Assembly (NCBI GenBank): GCA_965235115.1
Contig: OZ249442.1
Coordinates: forward strand, 31,930,001 to 31,994,000
Reading direction: 5' to 3'
DNA length: 64,000 nt
Source of the DNA: Laetmonice hystrix
Lineage: Eukaryota
Shown: positions 13,292 to 26,212 of the stretch, piece by piece
How positions within the stretch are numbered: the stretch's first letter is position 1
Layout: each line of letters starts with the position of its first letter
The notes under the pieces: generated by a model
Told to the model about the DNA's origin: nothing
What the model saw: only the letters and a program-made list of their open reading frames with translations
The model's database searches: none
Position numbers and translations under genes: made by a program

Positions 13292-14036
13292 CTGGTTAGG
13301 ACAGGAAGAGGACAGACAGGGATCGTACGGGAACAGGAGAGGGATCCTCGGAGACAGGAGAATCATGTTAGAGTGATTGAGGAGCAGCAAGGTAACGAAC
13401 AACTTGTTACTCTTGATAATTTGTTATGACATCGTTACCCATTCCTGGCCCACGGGTCAAGTGAACGATAACAAACTCGGTTTGTCAAGTCAAGAAGAAT
13501 CCAAGGTGAGGTTATTATAGGCTTGATTTATAAACTGATATCATAAACACACACGGTACAAATAGAGGACTAGTTCACTCGCAGATCGATATCAGTGAGC
13601 CATATGAGTGAACCAAGGATTGGGTATCCAAATATTAATACGGATAATGACGTCACTCGGTGTAAACCAATCACCGAGCATCTCTCATTTCAATGACTCC
13701 AAAATGCAGACGTGTTGTTAGGTTAGATAAGGCCTGATGAACCGATGAATTTCATTGGCTCTTCTTGTCAATGTCAGGTCAACAACCAGCAATGAGACAA
13801 CAGGCAACTGGAATGTTGAATTTTGTTAGATTTCTTCATTTCTGTGGGCATACATTTACAATATATTGATTTATGTAGTCTAAGAATAAGGCCTTATGTA
13901 ACCTAACAGTGACAGCCCATGTCTGCATTTTAGAATCATTGAAATGAGAGATACTCTTTGATTCCTTTAACTACAACTCCAAATCCTTTCCCGTAGTCAG
14001 CCGCAACTCAAAATCCGTATGAGTTGTCTCCCGTTC

Positions 14037-15925
14037 GGGTCACAATATGGGCAATTGTGGGTCCATGTTTTGTTAACTGTTAGGATCGTGGGTCCATGTT
14101 TTGTTTACTGTTAGGGTCACAATATGGGCAATTGCGGGTCCATGTTTTGTTTACTGTTAGGGTCACAATGTGGGCAATCGTGGATTCATGTTTTGTTTAC
14201 CGTTCGTGTCACAATGTGGGCAATCGTGGGTCCATGTTTTGTTTACTGTTAGGGTTACAATGTGGGCAATTGCGGGTCCATGTTTTGTTTACTGTTAGGG
14301 TCACAATGTGGGCAATCGTGGGTCCATGTTTTGTTTACTGTTAGGGTTACAATATGGGCAATCGTGGGTCCATGTTTTGTTTACTGTTAGGGTCACAATG
14401 TGGGCAATTGCGGGTCCATGTTTTGTTTACTGTTAGGGTCACAATGTGGGCAATCGTGGGTCCATGTTTTGTTTACTGTTAGGGTTACAATATGGGCAAT
14501 CGTGGGTCCATGTTTTGTTTACTGTTAGGGTCACAATGTGGGCAATCGTGGGTCCATGTTTTGTTTACTGTTAGGGTTACAATATGGGCAATCGTGGGTC
14601 CATGTTTTGTTTACTGTTAGGGTCACAATGTGGGCAATCGTGGGTCCATGTTTTGTTTACTGTTAGGGTCACAATGTGGGCAATCGTGGGTTCATGTTTT
14701 GTTTACTGTTAGGGTCACAATGTGGGCAATTGCGGGTCCATGTTTTGTTTACTGTTAGGGTTACAATGTGGGCAATCGTGGGTTCATGTTTTGTTTACCG
14801 TTCGTGTCACAATGTTGGCAATCGTGGGTCCATGTTTTGTTTACTGTTAGGGTCACAATGTAGGCAATCGTGGGTTCATGTTTTGTTTACTGTTAGGGTC
14901 ACAATGTGGGCAATTGCGGGTCCATGTTTTGTATACTGTTAGGGTCACAATGTGGGCAATCGTGGGTCCATGTTTTGTTTACTGTTAGGGTCACAATGTG
15001 GGCAATTGCGGGTCCATGTTTTGTTTACTGTTAGGGTCACAATGTGGGCAATCGTGGGTCCATGCTTTGTTTACTGTTAGGGTCACAATGTAGGCAATCG
15101 TGGGTCCATGCTTTGTTTACTGTTAGGGTTACAATGTAGGCAATCGTGGGTCCATGTTTTGTTTACTGTTAGGGTCACAATGTAGGCAATCGTGGGTCCA
15201 TGTTTTGTTTACTGTTAGGGTCACAATGTAGGCAATCGTGGGTCCATGTTTTGTTTACTGTTAGGGTCACAATGTTGGCAATCGTGGGTCCAGTTTACTG
15301 TTAGGGTTACAATGTGGGCAATCGTGGGTCCATGTTTTGTTTACTGTTAGGGTTACAATGTGGGCAATCGTGGGTCCATGTTTTGTTTACTGTTAGGGTC
15401 ACAATGTAGGCAATCGTGGGTCCATGTTTTGTTTACTGTTAGGGTCACAATATGGGCAATCGTGGGTCCATGTTTTGTTTACTGTTAGGGTTACAATGTG
15501 GGCAATCGTGGGTCCATGTTTTGTTTACTGTTAGGGTTACAATATGGGCAATCGTGGGTCCATGTTTTGTTTACTGTTAGGGTTACAATATGGGCAATCG
15601 TGGGTCCATGTTTTGTTTACTGTTAGGGTCACAATGTAGGCAATCGTGGGTCCATGTTTTGTTTACTGTTAGGGTCACAATGTAGGCAATCGTGGGTCCA
15701 TGTTTTGTTTACTGTTAGGGTTACAATGTGGGCAATCGTGGGTCCATGTTTTGTTTACTGTTAGGGTTACAATGTGGGCAATCGTGGGTCCATGTTTTGT
15801 TTACTGTTAGGGTCACAATGTGGGCAATCGTGGGTCCATGTTTTGTTTACTGTTAGGGTCACAATGTGGGCAATCGTGGGTCCATGTTTTGTTTACTGTT
15901 AGGGTTACAATGTGGGCAATCGTGG
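14037..15925. repeat. 46-bp tandem satellite, ~41 units
   Basis: Unit GGGTCACAATGTGGGCAATCGTGGGTCCATGTTTTGTTTACTGTTA, period 46 (14341 to 14387). Confidence 0.98.
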
Positions 15926-18474
15926 TGGAAGGTTAAAAAGAAGGTCTGACTGGTGGGTGTGAAACATCCGGGTACCGGGTATGAAACAATGCTGGAGTTC
16001 CGGGCGGGAGATAATCTGCTTATTTACACCAACAGATGGCGCCTCGCAAACTCCCGGTGACGCTAATTGTTGTGAGTTGTGACTCCTCGATTCCCACCCG
16101 TCCCCATCCCTGACTGATAGATTTGTATGCTCACTCGAGAACCGAGTCATGCCAACGAGACGTTCGTCGTACAAAAACTAACGGCGAAATTATCGAAAAG
16201 AAGGCAGTCATTAATTTAAAATAAACGTAGTTGTGAGAATTATTCATCATGTTTTATGGATGGATGGGAGATAACAACAGGTAGGAAATTATCATAATGG
16301 CATTAATCAGAAATTATAATAAAACCACCTTCTACGTTCAATCCAACAGTGAAGGATCCCCGAGTGCCTTGATAAGTTTTCACTTTCATACTCTGTGATG
16401 TATAGATGTACCCTGTCAAATCTGTGAACCTGGTTGCTGTGTTTGTCCCTAATGTCTGCCACTTTTTGAAAGGTCACGTTCTCCGCGATGGTTGGTTCTT
16501 GGTTAATAAATTCTTTTTTTGTTGTTGTGTTTGATTGGTTACTATGGGAGGGAAAAAGGGGAGAACCCCCCATTGTAATATCCGCTTAGCGTAATAAAAT
16601 GAAAATTTAGGAGTTCAGCGGTTGACAAGTGGGCAGGGAGACCACATACCTAGATGTCGACCTTACCGGCCCACGGATCATAAGGTGGTGAGTTGTAATC
16701 GATGACCTCTAATCTAAGGTCAAAGAGCGACACCTAGTGGGGGAGGTCTGTACCATGAGGGCGACCCTTGGGTGAGAAATCCCCGGATGTAAATCAGCAA
16801 CCATTGTTAGGTATATCAAATTGATGTGTTTTTTAGGGGGTAGCCCTAACGCGATTTCTTTTTTATCGTTAGGGAGTTGTGGGGTAGAGATTAGGCCAGC
16901 TAAGTGAAGTTTTGGTGAATAGGCAGGCATCAATGACGGTGTTGTGAAACATGTCAAAGGTTGGGGACGTGTCAGAGGTGGGAACGTCTCAAAGGTAGGG
17001 GACGTGTCAAAGGGGATGTGATGAACGGGCCAACTCCGGTCCAGACCGGCGTCAGCTATCAATGAGACGAAGAGAGAGAATGAGAGAGGTAGGGGGCAGA
17101 CATGACACCTTGGATCCGTATTGAATCACTCACAGCGCAGACCTCTATAGACAGCCAACAATGCAGCGGCCTTAACTAGAGCCGCATTGGTTGTAAAGAC
17201 TTGTAAATGGATGGTAAAAAAATATTGTGATAAGATGTGAAGAGTAAAGAGACAGTAGTCGTGTAAGTGGATGAGTCATGTCTGTATGTAAAGATTAATT
17301 ACACCTCAGTAACACTCTAAATCCACACACAGGTCTCAGTGTTAGGCGGACGGGAGCACGTGGTTAGACAATATTTTTACCGTCAGCATAGGATGTTTGG
17401 CTAAAGGTGTTCTCACCTGTCTTTAGTATTGTGTGTACATGAGTCGTACATCAGTTCAAATGTCTTTAAAAGTGTGTCTTGGTTTTCAAGTTATGCCCTT
17501 GGCTTTCCACCATTGTGCACACGTTGGTCTGCGGTCGTCTAAACATTCAGTGGTACAACTTGTCCGAGTATAGACAAGTTTGGTTGATCGTAAAACGTAT
17601 GACTTGGTTTTCAGCTGTTGCGTCATGCTGGATTCCGTTTTTTTAGCGTTCGAAAGTACATGTATTCCGGAAAGACAGCTGGTTATTTATGTTGTCCATG
17701 TTAATTCCGGATGCGGACAGTGTATTACACATTGGAAACGTGCTGTATATGTACATTATGTTTTACTTTATGACGGAGCGTAAAAAATATTTGCCCAAAA
17801 GTAAAAGTCCAATGGTTTTTCTCGAAGTGCCTGGTACACCAAGTTCAATCAAGTCAATGCTAAGCCCGGAGGTTAAGCAGTATCAACCAACAAAAACCCA
17901 TTTAGAACATGAAAATCACTTCTTGATTGTTGGAAACCACTCGGAAAACCTCGACTATTCCCGGTATAGTATTCGGCGGTCGAGGAGTACCACCGAGTAA
18001 CATTGCCAGGCCGAAAGTGTCCGAATTTGTTGGAAACATAGATATATTTAGCTAGAGGCAGCGTTGAGAGCCAGCTTTACGAATGACCTCTGACCTTTTT
18101 CCTTGATCCACTGAGGGAAGAACATCTTTCGCATTGGTTTCATAGGCCCAGATCAATTTGTAAGTTATGGTTGCTTTAGTTTACAGGAACCTTCTTTATG
18201 ATGACAATCTGTTGATTGGGTAAAGGGAAAATGTACGTGAATAGAAATGTATATAGGAGGAAGTTGTAATGTAGCATATAGCAGGAAGTTGTAAGTATGT
18301 GCAACTATAGAGTGCATGCTGAATGTGTATTTATCATGTAATTGAGCCTGTGTGAGGAAATACCCGAGGTCGCCAGAAAATTCCTAGATTGGAGAAAGGG
18401 AGCGGTCTGAGGCCAGGTCCTGGGGAGTACGGGACCAGGAGTGGTAGAGTGTCAAAGAGGTCTTTGCGGCGACG

Positions 18475-18577
18475 GGTGTTCCACTAACCACCTATTCCTT
18501 AACGCATTGGCTCTTTAGCAAAGACGTCTTTCCAAAGACGTCTTTGCTAATGACGTGTTTCGTTAGTGGAACGCACC
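18475..18577. mobile_element. Small fold-back element with a nested central palindrome
   Basis: Outer IR GTTCCACTAAC / GTTAGTGGAAC. The centre is TTAGCAAAGACGTCTTT-CC-AAAGACGTCTTTGCTAA, a perfect 17-bp IR. Confidence 0.6.
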
Positions 18578-18579
18578 AT

Positions 18580-18742
18580 GGACCTGTCTTACTAAGAATG
18601 TCAATCCCCAAATCAGGGACATCCCAACTCAACACTGTTTGAATGGAGGGACGTTTTAACAAGACACTTCAGAACAGGGCTATCCCTGATCTGGGGACTT
18701 GGTGGGGATTTTGCTGGGGATCATCGTTAGTAAGACAGGTCC
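18580..18742. mobile_element. MITE with perfect 16-bp TIRs
   Basis: GGACCTGTCTTACTAA ... TTAGTAAGACAGGTCC, with internal IR-like CCCCAAATCAGGGA / TCCCTGATCTGGGG. TSD unclear. Confidence 0.7.
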
Positions 18743-21167
18743 CTGGTATCCAACTCCGCAGACCATACATAGGAACACCACAGAACCTGACAGACTAGGT
18801 ATCAGTACATCTCCCAGGCCACCTTTCTTCAAATCCTAAAATGAGAATAGAAAGTCGGTAAAACATGGGTGTATGTAAAAGCAGGTAAACATTATAGGTA
18901 GGCGTACAGTTGACTACTACAAGCCCCCACGAATCACACCCGGTAACGTGTGAATGAAAGGTTACAGACCCAACACCTCAACCATTGACAAGAAGTTGGT
19001 AATTAGAGGCCGATAGACATCCCAGTCGGCGGCAGAGGTAGACTGTTGACTTCCATACAAAACCCGACAACCAAGGTTGTGGTGGAATGTTGAAAAGATC
19101 AGGCAGACAGTAAGACTACCCCCACCCCCACTCCCCACCCCCTCCAGGGAAAAGGGTGATCTGTGTTGACGAGGGGAGGCGGGTGGCCTGGGACGCAGTA
19201 AATCTTTGATTGTTTGCCACCAGGTGGCGTCAGGTAGTAAGGCTCGGGTTTCTGTCCACTGCGGCTTGGATTATCTGACTTGTTTGAACTTGGCGTCCTC
19301 CACCCCCCCCCCACCCCCCCCCCCCCCACCCGGGGGTGTACCTGGTGAACGGCAGGCCTTCTCGTTGTGCCGTCAAACAACGCTCAATCTGAGTTGGAAC
19401 CCATCTCCCAGGTTGGCATAGAGTTTGTGACGTCACAGGGAGACGTCATGGCCGTCGTCCAGCGTTCACTGCGTCCTTTCCGTGGGAGCGGAGTCAGATT
19501 CTCAGGTTGCCCCCCCGCTCCCTCCTGTAGCCTCCTGGCGCTTGCTGTGTGTATTGAGAATCTGCCAACATCAGTAGCGTCAGTCCGGATTGTGACTGTG
19601 AATCTAGCCGAGGTGTGTGGCCATTGACTGCGGCTACTGGACCATGGAGGACGTCGTACACCGGGCGGACCTGGCCGTGGTAGGAGGCGGAGGACGGGGG
19701 GGGGGTGTCCGAGTTCACCCAGCGCTTGGTGCTGGATGTCTGAATCCAATGGTAGGATCAAGGATGCATACAACGCTGGCTGGTAAGGACGTAATCCACG
19801 CAATGACCACACACAGGCAATCGTACAAACGGGAATAAATATACAATTCTAGTAACTGTCCTTTGACAATATGACACCTGAGTTAGGATACAGGGTGTAC
19901 ATACGAATACCCAGAGCATGTAGGAAGGCGGGGTCAATCCCAACCCCCAGTAATTCTGGAAAAAGTGCCCTTTTTGACATGCCCTATTAAATCGACAGAA
20001 ATAGGTCCTTAATCACCGACTGCGCACTTCGAATGTTTGGTTTCGTACGGCCCTAACTGGTGAATAGTATAACCAACAAACATGTAATCAAAGTGTCAGC
20101 CTCATTGGATCATCAGGAATGTGTAGCGTTGATCAACCGGCCACAATGGGGCGCCCTCTACCGTCTGAAGTAGGATTAAAAGAGGCCTGACTCCAGACGA
20201 TCTGTATGCGGTCGAGGAGCGGGCCATGTGGGCAGTCCACTACAGACAGGTGCTTGTTCACACAGAGGGGATCGACAGCGTGAAACGATTCGTGTTTGTA
20301 AAGGTAGACTTTGTAAAGGTAGCCCATGTAAAGTATTGCGTTTGTAAAGAGAAGTTGAGGGACGACAGAAGTGATCCAAACGCCACTGTGTCCAGCTCAC
20401 CTACCTGGACATCCTGTCTCATCACCATGGAAACACATGAGGACCCTGATATAAAGCTATCATCAAAATCTCATCAAGCTGATAAATATGTTTAAAAAAG
20501 TTTCGTGTGGTGTACAGGTAGTCACCCTAGCTGAGGTAATAGGGGGGTTTGAAGTTGAGCGCGCCATTCCCTCTCGGTGAATGGACTGTAAAGATCGTGA
20601 GACCAGGAGGCGGCAAAGTTCAGTGACTGTCAAAACGGTTTCCAAATGAACGGCCAGTTTCATCGGGGAGAAAAACTCCACAGATGGTGGCGGCTGGCCC
20701 AGAAGATCATTGACTGATCACGAAACGTCAGGGTTCACATCCCCCCGGCCCCGGCCCCCGGCCCCCTTGTGGAAGGGGGGGGGGGGTCGGTAAGCTGGCA
20801 CGCAGTACCTATATGGTACCTCTGTCTATGGGTTGGATTGGTTGGAATGGCGGCCAATGATGATGAGTTGTTCCGTCAGTTTGTGTGTGTTGGGAGGGAG
20901 GGCGGTTGGTGTTGGGAGGGCGGAGAGAGGGTCAGCAAGCCTATGGTGCCTCCATTCAATCCGTATAACGTCCCAGATACATGTCAGTTATGTGGCACGC
21001 AGGAAGTCCTGGTATACAAATGTACAGCCGTGATGAGTTGGGCCGAGTGGATCTTCACCAAACCGTGCTCACTCACAGTATACACTTACACACACACGGG
21101 TTTACATCGGGATGGATTGAGACAACACATCGGATAAATCTTGGAGTTTGTGACATGTGATTGTGCG

Positions 21168-22865
21168 ATGGGATTACGTCAGGAGATGAGAAAAATGGAG
21201 AAACCACCCGAGTCCTGTGAGAAGGAGGGATTGTCTGAGAATATGGGTAAAAGTAGTCAGGCTGGTACGAAGATAAGGGTGCTTAGAAGGAAGATACATC
21301 AGGCTGAAGAGAAGGAAAACCAGACTGGAGAGATAAGCCAGGTCGAGGAAAACGTAAGTCAAAATGAAGGGAAGATTAGCAAGACTACGATAAGTCAGGC
21401 TGAGGAGACGATAGCCCAGGCTGGAGATCAGATTAACCCGGCTGGGGATAAGATAAACCAGGCTGGAGAGAAGATAAACCAGGCTGGAGAGAAGATGAGT
21501 CAGGCTGAGGAGACGATAGCCCAGGCTGGAGATAAGATAGACCAGGCTGGAGAGAAGATAAACCAGGCTGGAGAGAAGATAGGTCAGGCTGAGGAGACGA
21601 TAAACCAGGCTGGAGAGAAGATGAACCGGGCTCAAAAGATGAGCCAGTTGGCAGTGTATCTGACACGGCCCCCGGCGGCCTTGCCTCCTAGCCAAACATA
21701 CGGAGGAACTCAGCATGTGAGGAATTCCGATTGTGACTACGACTATGCTTACCTGTCCGAGGAATGTGAGGAGGATGAGCAGGAGAAGGGGAAGAAACGG
21801 GAAACAGACTCTGATACCTCCTTGACGGACAAGGGTTTAATCATTACGGACAAGGCTCCAGTGATTGTGGACAAGGCTCCAGTGATTGTGGACAGGGCTC
21901 CAGTCATTATAGACAATGCTCCAGTCACTATAGACAAGGCTCCAGTCACTACAGACAAGGCGCCAGAGCTGATGGACAAGGCTGGAGTCACCAAGTCCCC
22001 GCGTGGTCCACGACAGAAGGTACCACCGAAGAGACCTCCCCCTCCCGATCTCTCACGGTCTTTGTCGCTCACAAGACAGCCCCCAGCTCGCTGCAAGGAT
22101 CCAAGACCCCAACCCGCACACAATTCAGAAAGACCACCCCTTGCTCTTCCAACCGGTTCAAAAAGACCCCCGCCTGCTCTTCCAAACGAGGCCACAAAAA
22201 CGCCACCAGCTGCACCATCAGCAAGACCACCACCTGATCTTCCAAATGATTCAGCAAGACCACCGCTTGCTCTTCCAAATAATTCAGAAAGACCCCCGCC
22301 TCCTCTTCCAACTCAGACAGCTTCCCCGGGAAGTCCAGGACCTCAAGGACCTAAGGTTCCCCCACCAAGGCCCCCTCCTCCCCTGCTCCGACAGAGACCC
22401 AAACCACCGGCCCCGGATCCAAAAGCCCTCACCAAAGCCCTCTCGTCTCGCCCACCGCCCAGCCTGCCCCCTAAATCTCCAACGGAGACCGGGCCATGGC
22501 TCCGGGCTAAATGCCGGAACCGGGCCGCCATTGAAGTGGTCGGGACCACACCCACGGACCTGTCCGTACCATTAGAACCCAGGGACAGCGAGTATGAGTA
22601 CGCGACAGCAGTGGTAGCGGAGGATGGCGAGGAGAGGAACCCGGATTATGATTACGCCGACCTGTGTCAGATGGAGGCCGTGAACGCCCGCCTGGAGCGG
22701 TTGTTATGGAGACCGGGGCAGGTAGCCCGGCCGTTCTACCCCAAGGACGAGCCCGGGGAGGAGGAGGAAGGGGCGGAGGACTTGAAGGACAAGGTGTTTG
22801 ACGACGGTGAGGATGATGCGAGCACGTATTCCTACGCCGATGTGTGGGCCATGTCTGGGGAGCAG
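21168..22865 (+). CDS. Large exon of a proline-rich, Tyr-motif adaptor-like protein (heptad repeats, PxxP tract, YxY motifs)
   Basis: The frame stays open for ~1.8 kb (21138-22940). It encodes QAGEKIN and DKAPVIV heptads, PxRPPPP/PPSLPPK motifs and acidic YDYAYL, YEYA, YDYADL and YSYADV motifs. It ends at a strong phase-0 donor CAG|GTGAGA. The true start is uncertain (first ATG at 21168). Confidence 0.75.
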
Positions 22866-24024
22866 GTGAGAATGTTTGGTCGTTTGGTCTTTATCTTGGG
22901 CCATAAAAAAATAAGGTGGCAAGTTATGGTGTTTATCTAGGGCCATGTTATGGTGTTTATCTAGGGCCATGGCTGCGGATAGCAAATTGTGGTCTTTAAC
23001 TAGGGCCATGTCTGGGGATCAGATGGCAATTTACGGTCCATATCTATAGGACCATGTGTGAGGGACAGTTAAGGAGCTAGCTGATGTCATAGCACCAGAT
23101 CAGGTATCTGCGACTCGGAAATGTTAGAGGATAAAATTATATAAAGATCGATCATTTTGGTGTGGTTATATTGAAAGAGGTCGACCTAGCTTTCTAAACT
23201 TCTTCTCTAAAGGACGTGATTCAATGTCAAGGTAGTTCTTTTCTTTCTTTCTTCGCTCCTTTCAGTTCGTCGCTAACATATATAATAAATTTCTACTCGG
23301 TCTTCTTCATCGAACCGTGCTTGTTTCCGTTTTATATACACGTGGTTTCTTCGCTCTATCATACACCGCGGAGGATAAGGGAGAGTTTCTTTGATTCCTC
23401 TGTGTCCTTGCTCTCTCCCCCCCTCTCTCTCCCGCTGTAGTGTTTGTAATAGAAATATTCCATTAAGAGACTGACACTGACAAAGGCCAGCACTCGTTGA
23501 CCTAGACTTAAGGTTGCGTACTCTGAGGTAACAGCGTGGCTATACCTACCCGCTGGAGCTTACCTAACCTTACCTGGCTCGGCTCGTAGATCAGAGATCC
23601 TACCTTACCTGTCCCCACCAGGTGAGGCTCGTGGGTGGCTGTGTATGGGTGCTCCCGTACAACCTCGCTGTCACTCGATCTAACCCACCAGGCGTCTCTA
23701 CCAAAGAGAACACAGCCCCAGGGTGGGCGATCTGCATGTTCCGTACCACCCCAGATGTTAGCGGTTTTACTTTACCTCACGCAGTTGATATGTGAGCCAT
23801 ATCGACACACATCAAATATTTGGTATGCGGTACTGTTGTCAGTTAGCAACAGCAAAGGATGAACTCTTAACGTTGCTGTGATTTTAGAAAATAGTACGAT
23901 ACTGAAATGTACGGAGTCCCGAGGTGAGATTTATAATCAGGCTGCAAATGAGCATACATCCTGGTAGTGGGACTGCAATGAGTGAAAGTTTGCTAACCGT
24001 TCTTATCTTAATCACACAGATCAG

Positions 24025-24648
24025 AAGTATGGGTCACAGATAATCCCCTGGTATGGGTCACAGATAGTCCCCTGGTATGGGTCACAGATAATCCCCTGGT
24101 ATGGGTCACAGAGAATCCCCTGGTATGGGTCACAGAGAATCCCCTTGTATGGGTCACAGATAATCCCCTGGTATGGGTCACAGATAATCCCCTGGTATGG
24201 GTCACAGAGAATCCCGTAGTATGGGTCACAGGGAATCCCCTGGTATGGGTCACAGAGAATCCCCTGGTATGGGTGACAGAGAATCCCCTGGTGTGGGTCA
24301 AAGAGAATCCCCTGGTATGGGTCAAAGAGAATCCCCTGGTATGGGTCAAAGAGAATCCCCTGGTATGGGTCACAGAGAATCCCCTGGTATGGGTCAAAGA
24401 GAATCCCCTGGTATGGGTCAAAGAGAATCCCCTGGTATGGGTCACAGAGAATCCCGTGGTATGGGTCACAGAGAATCTCCTGGTATGGGTCACAGAGAAT
24501 CCCCTGGTATGGGACACAGAGAATCCCCTGGTATGGGTCACAGAGAATCTCCTGGTATGGGTCACAGAGAATCTCCTGGTATGGGTCACAGAGAATCCCC
24601 TGGTATGGGTCAAAGAGAATCCCGTAGTATGATCACAGGGAATCCCTG
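24025..24648. repeat. 24-bp minisatellite, ~26 units
   Basis: Unit GGTATGGGTCACAGAGAATCCCCT, period 24 (24074 to 24098). Confidence 0.98.
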
Positions 24649-26212
24649 AGGTTACAACGTGAGGTGGAGGAACTGACTGCACTGTACATGTACATGAGTT
24701 AGGCGGTGTCAGGCGGGACTGATCTCTGCCGACAGGTGAGCTCACAGGTGACATATACCGGGAGGTGAACAGTGGTGGTGACACGACGTTTATTGCAGGT
24801 ATTTTTCTATGTATCATGTGTAAAAATGTATGTACCGGTATTCCTGTCTGTTTTTTTTATTTGAGTAGGTGACAGTTGGCTCAGCAGGAGCAGGGAAGAA
24901 GCGACGTCACAGGGTGGTGTGAACATCAGACCATAACGGAAAGTCTGGAGAATATGTTTAAAGACAGAAATACCGTGTTGATAACACTGACATTTGATCA
25001 AATTATTCACAATGACTTGAGCATGCCCTGCCGATGTGTTTCCAGCTGATTTCACATCATGAGTTCATCAACTCCTATCTCAGTGACTGACTTATAGTGT
25101 ACATATATTGCCCTGAGCCTATCCTTGGGCTGTACATTACAGAGTTGACAGTGCACGCGGTTGTAGTGGCTGCGAACCTTTTCTCTCCCATCTGTAACGT
25201 TTTCGGTAGCATATATTTCAGCACCGGCTGCCAGTACAATGTACATTGAGCGTGCGTACGTTTAATACATGGTTCAGAGCACACACGGAATCCTCATGCG
25301 AGAACAGATTCGGTATCTCTGATATCAGGGGTGGTGAGGGGGGCGGGAGGTTGTGGCCAATCCTGTGGTTCTCACAGCATGAAGTCGGCTGGGCCCGCCC
25401 CATCACACCATCAGGATGCTGTGGAACCATTTACCTACCAGGACGACAAGGAAGTCCTGACGCAAATGATGCATACAAATTCTTACACGCGGTTATAGTG
25501 AGACTGGGAGCAGGACGTTTTTTTTAGAATTTCTTATAAAGGACGGTATCGTATTCCATAACATTGAGTAGAACTCGTGCGAAATGCCATGTCACCGGGC
25601 CACTGCCGTGAATGGTAACTCGTTCTAGCCTTAAAGTACTGAAAGTAAACTTGTTAACAGTTTTACACCTTCAAACTTGTGCTGTGGGCGTTTTGTAGAC
25701 CATTCACTGAGTGATGCTGTTTGAAGGAAGCCATGCAACCATAAATATTGTCCTTGCTCTATGACAGTGATGACATGAACGCCATTGACAGTGTTACACG
25801 CAAACTTCAAAGGACTCAGATGAAACAAGTATGTTAAACTTGGAGTGTAAAAGGAGGGGAGCCTTGTTGACGTAATTCCCATGTCCCCATGGCAACCCCG
25901 GCCCCTGCAGTGGCGCCCCCTGCGGCTATTGGAATTCGGCTAATTCTTGCTGTCTGTGGTCAGTACTGTTAATTACTGAGACGTGCGGTCTGGGCCGCGT
26001 GGTCTCACAAATGTTGCTGGTACAAACCTCATCGCGGGGATAGGGGGAGGGAGCGTTCGGCAGGTAACGCCAGGAATATTTAAAAGGAAAAACTTTTACA
26101 TCTCCCCTTACATCTGTATGTGTGCCCACCTTCCGTGTATCTGTATGTGTGCCCAGGTTTGAAGCCTACAAATTGTATCTTGTACCTTCAGTCCTATTGT
26201 TGTTTTTAGCAG

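Noticed and set aside
13263-13391. Plus-strand 129-nt symmetric exon (EQERDPRRQENHVRVIEEQQ)
   Set aside because: Its purine richness is better explained as the complement of the minus-strand polypyrimidine tract ending at 13292.
19367-20760. GC-rich region with several 60-140-aa ORFs on both strands, considered for TGA recoding or selenoprotein status
   Set aside because: All frames are interrupted, there is no recognisable domain and no SECIS-like element was identified.
21174-22575. Shadow ORFs overlapping the long ORF (180 aa and 148 aa on -, 190 aa on +)
   Set aside because: They arise from the in-frame 21-nt repeats and Pro codon bias of the main frame.
24008-24817. 269-aa, 150-aa and 119-aa repeat ORFs
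   Set aside because: Artefacts of the 24-bp minisatellite, open in overlapping frames.
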